Shown: piece by piece, positions 18,955 through 28,487 of the stretch | How positions within the stretch are numbered: position 1 is the stretch's first letter | Layout of the letters: every line of letters starts with the position of its first letter | From: a bacterium | GTDB lineage: Bacteria; UBA8248 | NCBI GenBank assembly: GCA_963692865.2 | Contig: OY843592.1 | Location: 1,376,001 to 1,440,000, forward strand | DNA length: 64,000 nt | Direction: 5' to 3' | The notes under the pieces: generated by a model | What the model was told of the DNA's origin: nothing | Seen by the model: only the letters and a program-made list of their open reading frames with translations | The model's database searches: none | Made by a program: the position numbers and the translations under genes

Positions 18955-19605
18955 CTAGGCGGAAGCCGCCGCTTCGGCCTTCTGCTCGGCGAGCAGTTCA
19001 TCGAGCAACTCCTGGACGCGATCCGCTTCCATCCAGTCGGATTTGTAGGCGATCCTGCCTTCCTTATCCACAATGAACGTCATGTTCGGCATGCGGCCGA
19101 AGGCGTGCACCACGCTCTCGTCGAGGTCGTCGATGAGCACGGGCACCTTCATCCCGAACTCCTCCACGAGTTCCTGCGCATACTGTTTCTTGTGCTCATA
19201 CGTAGTGTGCTGCGCGTACTTCTTGAAATGGCTCGTCTCGCCCGCGTGGGGCTCCTTGGAGTAGACGACGAAGAAGACCACGTCCTCATCCCTGTATTTC
19301 TCCTGCAAATCCTCGACGCCGGCCACCTGCCGGCGGTAGGGGGGTCACGTGATGGCGCCGAACTCGACCACGATGTTCTTCTTCCCGAAGAAGTCCGAGA
19401 GGTCGAACGCGGCGTCCTCGGTGGTCTTGAGCCTTACGCCTGGCATCGGGTCGCCCGGCTTCAGCGCCTCGCGGAACGCCTCCTTGCGCTGCTTGCGGTA
19501 GCCCATGAGCATCCGCTTCGCGAACGCCACCTTGTCGATGTAGAACGCGCTCCAAAGCCCGAACAACGGACCCGGCGGCCTGTCGAACTCATCCGATACT
19601 CGCAT
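18955..19605 (-). CDS. deiodinase-like thioredoxin-fold selenoprotein (UGA=Sec at 19345-19347)
   Basis: Two same-frame ORFs join across one TGA: VEFGAIT-U-PPYRRQ...FFVVYSKEPH, matching deiodinase FGSxTUPPF and YIxEAH; hairpin 3' of the UGA. Confidence 0.82.
19317..19335 (-). promoter_or_regulatory. bacterial SECIS-like hairpin
   Basis: cgccggc-aggtg-gccggcg beginning ~10 nt after the UGA, with a G-containing loop. Confidence 0.65.
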
Positions 19606-19648
19606 AATCGCTCCAGATATGAGGGTGGATAGACGCCGCCCCATTAAA

Positions 19649-19737
19649 GACGAACGGGACGGGATAAGCAAGGGTCTCCCCCTCCCCTCCCCCCCAAATT
19701 CACGCAACCCCGCGAATCTGGTATGCTCGGCCCGTGG
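19649..19737 (+). repeat. imperfect direct repeat copy 1 (promoter-like)
   Basis: cccccaaattcacgcaaccccgcgaatctggtatgctcggcccgtgg; copy 2 at 21704-21778. Confidence 0.75.
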
Positions 19738-19807
19738 CGCGACTTGGAATCGGGCGGTTCGCCGCTTTTCGTTTCCGGGGATTCATTGATGATGCCGAGG
19801 GGACGGT

Positions 19808-20698
19808 GTGAGATACTCCTTGCCAGAGATTGATCTTGATTGGGAAGGCCGGGAGGGTTGGGAAGGTTTTGATGCGTTGGCGCGACTCCATGCGCAGACC
19901 AGAGATTGCTGTTTTCAAGACATAGAAATTGATATGGCCGAAACGCAGTGGTTTCAAGCCGATATGTGTGCAGCGTTCGGAGCCATCCTGTATCATTTGG
20001 GAAACAATCCGAATACAGTTCATTTAATGAATATTGACGAAAAGGTGGAGGATATCCTTTCAAGAAACGGTTTTCTGAGTCACTATGGAGGGAAGAAAAT
20101 CCCGGATTCCCGGGGAACGACGATTTCCTATCAACGATTCGATGTGGAGGATGGCCGTCATTTCTCCGGCTACATTGAGAGCGAGTTTATCCATCGTCCT
20201 GAGATTCCCGCCATGTCGCCGGGGTTGGTGAAAAAATTTCACCAGAGCATTTTTGAGATATTCAACAATGCAGTTCTCCATTCAGGCACCGTATCGGGGA
20301 TATTCAGTTGTGGGCAGTTTTTCCCGAAGCAGGAGAAACTCAATTTTACGGTGGCTGACTTGGGAGTCGGCATACCCCGAAACGTAAAAGACTACACAGG
20401 AAGACATTTGTCCTCAGTAGATGCGATTATTTGGGCCACACAGGACAATAATACGACAAAACGCGCTGGCGTATCGGGTGGCCTGGGGTTGAAATTGCTT
20501 GGCGAGTTCATTGAATTGAATGGCGGCTGCATTCGCATTGTGTCGGATGATGGGTATTGGGAAAAGAAAAAGAATGATATCTTTACCACAAAGTTGAGTC
20601 ACCCGTTTCCCGGCACCGTGGTGGGTATGGAAATCAATACAGCGGATACAAGTTCTTACGGTCTTGCTTCCGAAGTGAGTGCCGATGATATTTTTTAA
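19808..20698 (+). CDS. STAS-like + GHKL (HATPase_c) ATP-binding protein, anti-sigma-kinase-like
   Basis: N-box EIFNNAVLHS, G1 DLGVGIP, G2 GGLGL, C-terminal FPGTVV; N-terminal IEIDMAETQWFQA is STAS-like. Confidence 0.8.
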   Translation: MRYSLPEIDLDWEGREGWEGFDALARLHAQTRDCCFQDIEIDMAETQWFQADMCAAFGAILYHLGNNPNTVHLMNIDEKVEDILSRNGFLSHYGGKKIPDSRGTTISYQRFDVEDGRHFSGYIESEFIHRPEIPAMSPGLVKKFHQSIFEIFNNAVLHSGTVSGIFSCGQFFPKQEKLNFTVADLGVGIPRNVKDYTGRHLSSVDAIIWATQDNNTTKRAGVSGGLGLKLLGEFIELNGGCIRIVSDDGYWEKKKNDIFTTKLSHPFPGTVVGMEINTADTSSYGLASEVSADDIF

Positions 20699-20700
20699 GT

Positions 20701-21078
20701 ATGGGAACGATGATGCGAAAAGACATGGACATATCCATTTTTGAGGTGGTGGGCAGTCCGCTTTGCGTCGCTTCCGGCGATGGACAGAAGGTGTATGAGC
20801 GTCTCGCCCCCGTCATTGAGCAAGGGCGCGGCGCAGTGCTTTCGTTCCGCAACGTGGCCTTGTTGACTTCGGCCTTTTTGAATACCGCGATTGGTCAGCT
20901 GTATGGAAAATTCGATGAGGATCAAATTCGCTCCTCTCTTAAGATAGCGGATATGGAGCCCGACGATATCGCGTTGCTCAAGCGCGTCGTGGAGACGGCC
21001 AAGCGGTACTTCAAAGACCCGGAGAGATTCGACCGGACGGTTCGGGACGTGCTGGAAGACGAGGGCGATGCCTGCTAA
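20701..21078 (+). CDS. STAS-like domain protein (DUF4325-like)
   Basis: SGDGQKVYERL...LSFRNVALLTSAFLNTAIGQLY pattern. Confidence 0.78.
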   Translation: MGTMMRKDMDISIFEVVGSPLCVASGDGQKVYERLAPVIEQGRGAVLSFRNVALLTSAFLNTAIGQLYGKFDEDQIRSSLKIADMEPDDIALLKRVVETAKRYFKDPERFDRTVRDVLEDEGDAC

Positions 21079-21604
21079 GGATGTAAGGAAACACCGTTTT
21101 ACCGAATGAGACCGGTTGTTCCTGGATGCCAACGTCTGGTTGTACAACTTCTGTCCTGACGCGCAGCCACCCGGACCTTCTCCCAAAGTAGAGGTTTATT
21201 CGCAGGCGTTCACCGACATTCTTCAAGCGAAAAGCCAAATTTTTATCGATGTTCTCGTCACGTCGGAGTTCATCAACAGATACGCCAGACTGCGATGGGA
21301 AAATGAAGCGTCCGGCACGGAATTCAAGGTTTTTCGCAACAGCGCGGAATTCACGGATGTCGCTCGGGAAATCGCTTGTCAATCAGGGCGGGTAGTTAGT
21401 TTTTGTTCACGGTTGGAAAGCGGGTTTGTGAAGTTGCAGATAGACGATTTGCTCGACACCTACAGCGAGGGTGGATCCGATTTCAACGATCAGGTGATAG
21501 CGGAATTGTGCAAAAGAGAGGGCCTGACTCTACTCACGCACGACGGCGATTTCGAAAATCAGGAAATATCCATTCTGACCGCGAATCCGCGTTTGCTGAA
21601 TTAA
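21068..21604 (+). CDS. PIN domain protein; in-frame TGA at 21107-21109 (pseudogene or restart at TTG 21116)
   Basis: MPAKDVRKHRFTE*DRLFLDANVWLY...SEFINRY...DFNDQVI...LLTHDGDF PIN acidic motifs. Confidence 0.75.
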
Positions 21605-21703
21605 GACGGCGCCGTTTTCCGAAGCGCGCCGATTCGTGGCGCTTCGGATTTCGTCTCCTCCTCTCCCGATCGTGCGGGCCGTCCCCTCTGTCCGAATCGT
21701 CTC

Positions 21704-21778
21704 GACGAACGATGACGGATATCCCCCCGCCCCCCAAATTCACGCGGCCTTGTGAATCTGATATGCTCGGGCCGTGGG
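21704..21778 (+). repeat. imperfect direct repeat copy 2 (probable ftsH promoter)
   Basis: cccccaaattcacgcggccttgtgaatctgatatgctcgggccgtgg with ttcacg and TGnTATGCT. Confidence 0.72.
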
Positions 21779-21848
21779 TCCCCAAGTCTCGCGCCGCGCC
21801 GCCGCCGGATGAGCGAACCAGCCGCTATCCTCCCCCAAGGAGGGGACG

Positions 21849-23678
21849 ATGAACAAGAAAACGCAGTTTTCCATCGGGTATTTCCTTTTCATCTTCATTA
21901 TCATGTCCCTCATCCACACCCTCTTTTTCCAGGGGGCGCGCTACCAGCGCATCCCCTACAACGAGTTCCGCGCGATGCTCAAGGAAGGCGACGTGGAGCG
22001 CGTCGACATCCGTGGCGACCGCTTGCAAGGCGTCCTGAAACGCCGCGACGCCGACGGCCGGCAGCGGTTCTTCGAGACCGCGAAGGTGGCCGACCCCGAC
22101 CTCATCGAGCTCCTGGAAGGCGCGGGCGTCATCTTTCAGGGCCAGTTCGAGCCGCCCTGGCTGGTGCAGGTGTTTACGAGCTGGGTGCTGCCGCTGGCGA
22201 TCCTCTTCGCCATCTACGCCTTCGTGCTGCGCCGCATGGGTCCCGGCCAGGGGGTGATGGCCTTCGGCAAGAACAAGGCGAAGATATTTGCGGAAAAGGA
22301 AGTGGGGGTGCGCTTCGCCGACGTCGCGGGCGTGGACGAGGCCAAGGCGGAACTCGCCGAGGTGGTGGATTACCTCAAGAATCCGGATCGCTACCTGAGA
22401 CTTGGCGGCAAGATTCCGCGCGGCGTCCTGCTGGTGGGGCCTCCCGGCTGCGGGAAGACGTTGATGGCCAAAGCCGTGGCGGGAGAGGCGGGGGTCTTTT
22501 TCTTCAGCATCAGCGGGTCCGAGTTCGTGGAAATGTTCGTGGGGCTGGGCGCGGCGCGCGTGCGCGACCTGTTCGAGCAGGCGATGGAGAAGGCCCCCTG
22601 CATCGTCTTCGTGGACGAGCTGGACGCGCTGGGCAAGGCGCGCGGCGTGGGGAACATTGCGGGCGGGCACGACGAGCGCGAGCAGACGCTCAATCAGCTC
22701 CTGGTCGAGATGGACGGCTTCGACACCCGAAAGGGGGTCATCATCATGGCGGCGACGAACCGCCCCGAGATTTTAGACCCCGCCCTCCTGCGCCCGGGGC
22801 GCTTCGACAGGCAGGTGCTGGTCGACAAGCCGGACCTGAGCGGCAGGAGGCATATTCTGGAAGTCCACACGAAGGTGCTCGTGCTGGGCGGGGACGTGGA
22901 TATCGAGCGGCTCGCCGAGATGACGCCCGGCCTCTCGGGAGCCGACCTCGCCAATCTCGCGAACGAGGCGGCGCTCCTGGCGGCGCGCCACGACCGCGAC
23001 GCGGTGATGATGGCCGACTTCGAAGAGGCCTTCGAGCGCGTGGCGGCGGGCTTGGAGAAGCGCTCGCGCGTCATGACGAGCGAGGAGCGCCGCCGGGTGG
23101 CCTACCACGAACTCGGCCACGCCATGGTGGCCGAACTCGTCGGCACGGCGGACCCGGTGCAGAAGGTATCCATCATCCCGAGGGGCCTCGCCGCCCTGGG
23201 ATACACCCTGCAGCGGCCGACGGAGGATCGTTACCTGCTCTCCAAAAAGGAGCTAGAGGACAGGATCGCCGTCCTCCTCGCGGGCCGCGCGGCGGAAGAG
23301 GTGGTGTTCGGGGAGGTCTCCACGGGGGCGCAGAACGATCTTCAGCGCGCGACCGACATGGCGCGCTCCATGGTGACCGAATACGGCATGAGCGAGCGCT
23401 TCGGCCCCCACGCGATGGGAGGGACGCCGCGCTCGCTGTTCCTGGGCGGCGGGATGAACGGCGCGTCCCATCTCGACATCAGCGAGGCGACCCAGCGCGA
23501 GGTGGACGAGGAGGTGGAGAAAATCCTGGACGGCGCCTCTGTCCGCGCGAGGGAGATTTTGACCGAGCGGCGCGACGACCTCGAAGCCCTCACCGCGCGC
23601 CTGCTCGAGCAGGAAACCATCGGCGGGGACGAACTCCGCACAGCGCTGGGCGTGGGGGAAGCGCGAAGCGGAGGATGA
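21849..23678 (+). CDS. ftsH: ATP-dependent zinc metalloprotease FtsH
   Basis: Two TM segments, [51 protein letters not shown]. Confidence 0.96.
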   Translation: MNKKTQFSIGYFLFIFIIMSLIHTLFFQGARYQRIPYNEFRAMLKEGDVERVDIRGDRLQGVLKRRDADGRQRFFETAKVADPDLIELLEGAGVIFQGQFEPPWLVQVFTSWVLPLAILFAIYAFVLRRMGPGQGVMAFGKNKAKIFAEKEVGVRFADVAGVDEAKAELAEVVDYLKNPDRYLRLGGKIPRGVLLVGPPGCGKTLMAKAVAGEAGVFFFSISGSEFVEMFVGLGAARVRDLFEQAMEKAPCIVFVDELDALGKARGVGNIAGGHDEREQTLNQLLVEMDGFDTRKGVIIMAATNRPEILDPALLRPGRFDRQVLVDKPDLSGRRHILEVHTKVLVLGGDVDIERLAEMTPGLSGADLANLANEAALLAARHDRDAVMMADFEEAFERVAAGLEKRSRVMTSEERRRVAYHELGHAMVAELVGTADPVQKVSIIPRGLAALGYTLQRPTEDRYLLSKKELEDRIAVLLAGRAAEEVVFGEVSTGAQNDLQRATDMARSMVTEYGMSERFGPHAMGGTPRSLFLGGGMNGASHLDISEATQREVDEEVEKILDGASVRAREILTERRDDLEALTARLLEQETIGGDELRTALGVGEARSGG

Positions 23679-23732
23679 GGCGGTAAGATTTTGTGTTGTG
23701 CAGAAGATAAATCGCTTGGTTGATTAGAGTGC

Positions 23733-24869
23733 TTAGTAATCCTCGGCGTATTCCTCATATTCTCCGATGATGGAATCGTTCATGTGTTCGAGGTCAGGTT
23801 TGTTTCCAAGTTCCTCCAAAGCATCGTAGGAAAGAAAAGAACAGTTTTCATATAAGGGGCCTCGTTCGAGCAGCGAGAACACCGGGCGCTTGATCTCACG
23901 CAGCACCTTTTCCCGTCTTTCATCCGGCGCGACGATATGAAGCCGGATATCCATATTGGGTTGGAGGGCCAGAAGGTCCGCCATTCTCAACAAACCGGAA
24001 TATATTGCCGTGGTGTGCTCGACTTCGAAGGCTCTCGCCATCGAGCGGCCCTTCAACCAGATAACGTCGATCTGCTCAATGGTTTGGATCGTGGTATCGT
24101 CGTAGTTGAGCGGTAGGTTTTCCAGAAAACGGAGTTTCACGGAGTCCTCTATTTCCGCGAGCACTCGATCTCTGTCGCTGCGCGGCACCCAAATTCGAAA
24201 GTCCATCTTTGCGCCGATTTCCGCAATTTTTGCCTGCATCCGTATTGATTTTCGGACCTCCGGAGACACTGCGGCTTTGACTATGGCTTCTCCCGCATCG
24301 CCGTTGTCCTCGTCGCCTACGGGGACTTCGACCGACACTTCGCCACTTTCAGTCCGAACCTTGAGGCTCTGGAGATGTTGCCGATCGGCATCCGTAAACG
24401 GATAATCAATTCGACTCTTGTCTTGTTCTTGCCGTTGCAAGCGGGGTACGAGGAAATCGCCGTCCGAGTCGGGTAGTTTCCGTAAAGAGTTGCCGAAGAG
24501 CATACCCCATCCCTTATACCCCTTTTCTTTCTCTTTGGTGATGGAAAGAGTGTTCCAGATTTCATCATCTTGGACAGGAATCGAGCTTTCCGGCTCAAGG
24601 AGAACAATTGGCTCTACCTTGAAATGCACCACGAAGGGAGAATTGGGATCTCCCCAAATCGGCGTATCACCTTCATGCGCATGGGATGCGATCCTCAACG
24701 CGCCGCACCAGCGTGATACGCGAACTAGGTAGCAAACGAAAATGTCGCCGGGCTTGATGTGCTCGTGTGCTCTCCTGCGTTGCGATTTTCGAAATCCACT
24801 AACGCTGGCGCCGTGGTCTTGGAAAGCTGACCAAGTTTCAGGGGTAAAAAGATTCAAAAAATAAGCCAT
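23733..24869 (-). CDS. EVE/PUA-domain + PD-(D/E)XK-like nuclease (putative modification-dependent restriction enzyme)
   Basis: N-terminal YFLNLFTPETW...IKPGDIFVCYL (EVE); C-terminal IEQIDVIW...AFEVEHTTAIYSGLLRMADL. Confidence 0.75.
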   Translation of the reverse strand: MAYFLNLFTPETWSAFQDHGASVSGFRKSQRRRAHEHIKPGDIFVCYLVRVSRWCGALRIASHAHEGDTPIWGDPNSPFVVHFKVEPIVLLEPESSIPVQDDEIWNTLSITKEKEKGYKGWGMLFGNSLRKLPDSDGDFLVPRLQRQEQDKSRIDYPFTDADRQHLQSLKVRTESGEVSVEVPVGDEDNGDAGEAIVKAAVSPEVRKSIRMQAKIAEIGAKMDFRIWVPRSDRDRVLAEIEDSVKLRFLENLPLNYDDTTIQTIEQIDVIWLKGRSMARAFEVEHTTAIYSGLLRMADLLALQPNMDIRLHIVAPDERREKVLREIKRPVFSLLERGPLYENCSFLSYDALEELGNKPDLEHMNDSIIGEYEEYAEDY

Positions 24870-24884
24870 GAACCAAGCCTCTCA

Positions 24885-24948
24885 GCGACAATATCTCGAC
24901 GTCCACGAACATCTGGTGTCTGTCGTGCCTACCCCAGATGCACGGCAT
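24885..24948 (-). pseudogene. 5' remnant of a gene coupled to the upstream small ORF
   Basis: ATG overlapping the end of 24929-25192 gives MPCIWGRHDRHQMFVDVEIL, then runs out of frame into the EVE gene. Confidence 0.4.
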
Positions 24949-25192
24949 AGGAATAGGAGCCCAGATTGGCGGGCGTGTCGTCGATTTTCTGGATAGAAAA
25001 GAGGCCGTCCTCGAAAAATCGGGCGCCCGCGGTCTGCGCGTCCCCGGCCGTATCGAAGACCGCGACCAGCTCCTTGTTCCTGAGAAGCGCGAATTTGCCG
25101 AAGTGGCGCTGCTTGAGGCGGGGAAGCTCCGCCAGGAAAAATTCGAGGTTGTCGTCGATTTCCCGCTCTTTTTGCTCTCGCGTCGGTTTCAT
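24929..25192 (-). CDS. small hypothetical protein (DUF5678-like)
   Basis: EIDDNLEFF...LPRL...HFGKFALLRN...FDT..DA...G...F..GLFSIQ pattern; GGAGG RBS. Confidence 0.65.
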   Translation of the reverse strand: MKPTREQKEREIDDNLEFFLAELPRLKQRHFGKFALLRNKELVAVFDTAGDAQTAGARFFEDGLFSIQKIDDTPANLGSYSYAVHLG

Positions 25193-25300
25193 TGCGGCCT
25201 CCTTCCCGCTTTTCCGAAACTATAGCATATCCTGGATAAATGCTCCGGAGAGCGCTTTGCGGCGGCGTCCGAATCCTCCATAAGCAGAATTGAGGGTTGC

Positions 25301-25470
25301 CGTCATTCCGGCGAATGCCGGAATCCAGAGCCGAGGAGAGTGGGGATGCGGCGGCGTTTCATTCCCTTTCCTATTGGTCGGGCAGACCCCTTCTCCTACG
25401 TCAGGATGGGCAGTAAAAAACGAAAAGCGAAAGGCGAATTCCCTGGATTCCGGCATTCGCCGGAATGACG
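25301..25470. mobile_element. MITE-like element with CGTCATTCCGGCGAATGCCGGAATCCAG inverted ends
   Basis: Perfect 28-bp inverted termini with an internal GTAG-type REP; related ends at 11263 and 29999. Confidence 0.78.
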
Positions 25471-25538
25471 ATCAAGAGCCGCGCTCGCAAACGGAAGATC
25501 ATCCTGTAGGAACTGGCCGCGACGTGTCCCCTGCCGTC

Positions 25539-26711
25539 TCAATCCTCATCACTCAGCGTGAACGCGCCGTCGCTCGCGGGGATGTAGGTCTCGGGCAGGC
25601 CGAGTTCTTTCTTGACGATGTTCGTCCCGCGCGCGAGGGCCACCATCTTGTAGAACGCGTGGCGGCGGCTCATGCCCTCCCGCCCGAAGCCGCAGTCGGT
25701 CGAGATGCAGAGCCGCTCGGCGGGAATCGTCTCGAGCGCCTTCCGGATGAGCGCGGCCACCTCTTCGGGGCGCTCCACCTGCAGCCCCCGGTGGTTGATG
25801 ACGCCGATGGCCACTTTGGGCCTGGTGATGCGCTTTCCGATCTCGCCTAAGTCCATCCCGCCCGTGCTCGCGCACTCGAAGGTGAGCACGTCCACGTCCA
25901 GTTCGTTCATGTACTCCAGGGCGGGCGCGTAGCTTTTGGACGACTCGTAGAACCGCTGCTGGGCCGGGTTTCCCCAGCAGGTGTGGCACCAGAGCTCCAG
26001 CTTGTCTCTTAAGCCCGCCACGCTCCGGTTGAACGCATCGACGTAGAACGCCATCGACATCTCCGAATCCTCGGCGTGGAAATCGAAGCGGTGCACCCAG
26101 GGTTCTTCGACCTGGAAAATCTGGCAGCCCGCGTCCGCCAGGCGGTGGAATTCGGCGCGCATGATCTCGCACAGGTCGAGGCATAGCTCGCGCCTGTCGT
26201 CATAGAACTCGTTCGAGACGATGGACTCCACGCAATCCGCGCTGATGGAGCCGAACTTGAGCGGCTTGTCCGTCATCGCCTGCGCGCAGCGCCACATCTG
26301 CGCATATTCGAGGGGGCCTTCGCCGACTTTCGAGGTGACCTTGGGCAGCATCCTCGCTTCGAGCACCTCGAACATGATCTCCCCGGGCACGGAGCCGCCC
26401 CAGGCGGCGTGGCTCCTCGATGTCTCATGGCCCGAGAAGCCGGCGAGCCTGTCGACGATGTAGCCCACCCAGTCGCGCCCGCCCACGTTGGTGTCGAAGC
26501 GCGCGTCGCCGTCGGTCACGATGTCGAGGCCCGCGCGCTCCTGATCCCGGATGACGCAGGAGACGTTGTCGAGATATTGCTCGCGGAAGTCCGCGTCTAT
26601 CATCGCTTCGCGGAACGTCCTGCGCCCGATGTTCCGGCGGAACCAGGCCGGTCGGGGCAGGGAACCCGTGATGGTGGTGGGGAGTATGAGGTCACTCGTG
26701 GCGATGTACAT
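25539..26711 (-). CDS. cobalamin-independent methionine synthase II family protein (MetE C-terminal-like)
   Basis: PTTITGSLPRP, DQERAGLDIVTDG, Zn ligands HTCWGN and STDCGFG. Confidence 0.88.
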   Translation of the reverse strand: MYIATSDLILPTTITGSLPRPAWFRRNIGRRTFREAMIDADFREQYLDNVSCVIRDQERAGLDIVTDGDARFDTNVGGRDWVGYIVDRLAGFSGHETSRSHAAWGGSVPGEIMFEVLEARMLPKVTSKVGEGPLEYAQMWRCAQAMTDKPLKFGSISADCVESIVSNEFYDDRRELCLDLCEIMRAEFHRLADAGCQIFQVEEPWVHRFDFHAEDSEMSMAFYVDAFNRSVAGLRDKLELWCHTCWGNPAQQRFYESSKSYAPALEYMNELDVDVLTFECASTGGMDLGEIGKRITRPKVAIGVINHRGLQVERPEEVAALIRKALETIPAERLCISTDCGFGREGMSRRHAFYKMVALARGTNIVKKELGLPETYIPASDGAFTLSDED

Positions 26712-26805
26712 GGTCGATTCCTCCGCTCGAAATGGTTTCGGCGAATCATCTTTTCGGATGGGCTTGAGTTTGCTGTTTCAATCCCTCCCTTACGCCCCGC
26801 GCGTC

Positions 26806-27801
26806 CTAGAGCTTCATGAGCCTGGCGGGCGTCTCGCGCAGGATTTTGTCCTGGGCCTCTTCGGTGAGTCCCGCACCCTCCACGAAATCCACGACGCGCT
26901 CCTGCATCATGTCGTAGGGGTAGTCCGTGCCGCACACGACGCGGTCGGCCCCCACCTCCTCGACCATCCATTTGAGGGCCGAGGGGTTGAACGTGATGAC
27001 GTCGAAATAGAGGTTCTTGAAATAGTGCCTCGGCGGATGCGGCGTGTGCGCCTTGGTTTCCGGCCGCACGTTCCAGCAGTGCTGGATGCGCCCGACCGAC
27101 CAGGGGAGGTTTCCGCCCGCGTGGGCGAGCAGGAGTTGTAGGTTCGGGTAGCGCTCGAAATGGCCCGAGAGGATGAGCCTTGTGACGGCGATCGTGGTAG
27201 AGAGCGGATTGCCGACGCAGTTCGCCATGTAATAGGGGAACAGCGGCTTGTAGTCCGCGAAATCGGGGTGGATGAACACCAGCGCGCCGAGCCGCTCCGC
27301 CGCCGCCCAGAACGCCTCGTACTGGGGCTCGTCCAGCGCGTGGGCGCCGATGCGGTCGGAGATGATGCAGCCGAGCAGGCCCGCCCCCATCGCGCGCTCA
27401 AGCTCGGCGGCTGCGGCCTCGCCCCCGTTCTGCATGGGCAGGTTGCAGAGGCCCCGGAAGTGCGCGGCGTTCTGGTTGCAGAAATCGACGACGCCGTCGT
27501 TTTGGATCCGGATGATCTCCTCGCCCGCCTTTCCTCCGATCCAGTAGTAGAACGTGGGCGGCGGCGGGGAGGCCAGCGCCATGTCGAGCCTGTCCGCCTT
27601 CATGTCGCTCAGCTTGCGTTCGGCGTCGGCGAGTTGCACCGCCCAGTTCTCCTCCGTCATCTTCGCGTTGTAGCGCGAGGAGACGGGCGGGAAGAACCCC
27701 TCGAAGCTGTCGGCGTGCTGGGGGCGTCTTTCGCGCTCTTTGGCGGCGAGCGCTTCCGCCTCGGGGATGTAGATGTGGTGATGCAGATCGATGTTGGGCA
27801 A
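26806..27801 (-). CDS. amidohydrolase family protein (ACMSD-like)
   Basis: IDLHHH, VFIHP, LAHAGGNLP, CGTDYPYD; TTG start. Confidence 0.88.
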   Translation of the reverse strand: MPNIDLHHHIYIPEAEALAAKERERRPQHADSFEGFFPPVSSRYNAKMTEENWAVQLADAERKLSDMKADRLDMALASPPPPTFYYWIGGKAGEEIIRIQNDGVVDFCNQNAAHFRGLCNLPMQNGGEAAAAELERAMGAGLLGCIISDRIGAHALDEPQYEAFWAAAERLGALVFIHPDFADYKPLFPYYMANCVGNPLSTTIAVTRLILSGHFERYPNLQLLLAHAGGNLPWSVGRIQHCWNVRPETKAHTPHPPRHYFKNLYFDVITFNPSALKWMVEEVGADRVVCGTDYPYDMMQERVVDFVEGAGLTEEAQDKILRETPARLMKL

Positions 27802-28016
27802 GGGGACTTCCCTCCGTTTGGGTTCTACCGGGGCGTCTTCGCGCCCGCCGGATTGTAGAAGTGATGAAGACCTTTTCGGAGAGAGTAGAAGCTGTCGAAT
27901 CCTGAGTCAATCGAGATTCGCGCCCGCATATTGACGCTCTCGATTCTGAGTGAGAAACTTCTGCCTCGCGGTCTCAGGGGCGCGCCGAGGAGAAATGTTC
28001 CGGCTCCCGGCCTTGC

Positions 28017-28370
28017 GTGGAGGGGACGATTCCGGTGAACGGCGAGGAAGCTCCCAGGCTGCCGCGCTCCTATGAGGGGCTGCGCACCCTGCAAGGCGAA
28101 TTCGCGCGCTATCAGGAAGAGGCGTTCCCGGAGCGCGAACCCCGGTTTTTCGCCTTGGAGCTTGCGGGCGAGACGGGCGAACTCGCGAACCTGGAAAAGA
28201 AGGAATGGAAGGGCCGCGCGGTGGAGCCTGCGGCCTATACGGACGAGGCGGCGGACGTTATGATCGCCGTGATGAACTACGCCAACGCGCGGGGGATCGA
28301 CCTGGGCGGGGCGGTTTCCGAGAAGATGGCCGAGATCGAGCGCATCAGAAGGGAGTCGCCCGAGAAGTAG
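28017..28370 (+). CDS. MazG-like nucleotide pyrophosphohydrolase
   Basis: LAGETGELANLEKK...DEAADV...GIDL ExxE/EEAAD motif. Confidence 0.78.
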   Translation: MEGTIPVNGEEAPRLPRSYEGLRTLQGEFARYQEEAFPEREPRFFALELAGETGELANLEKKEWKGRAVEPAAYTDEAADVMIAVMNYANARGIDLGGAVSEKMAEIERIRRESPEK

Positions 28371-28487
28371 GCCGCAGATTCCAACAGCTTTCATTCGGCG
28401 CTCGGGGCGGCGCCGGTAAGCGCGAGAACCACAAATCAAGCCGCTGGATGAATGTTCCGCCATGCGGAGCGGAAAGGATCAGATTCG

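Noticed and set aside
21107-21109. PIN TGA as selenocysteine
   Set aside because: Not a redox position, no Cys expected and no convincing SECIS
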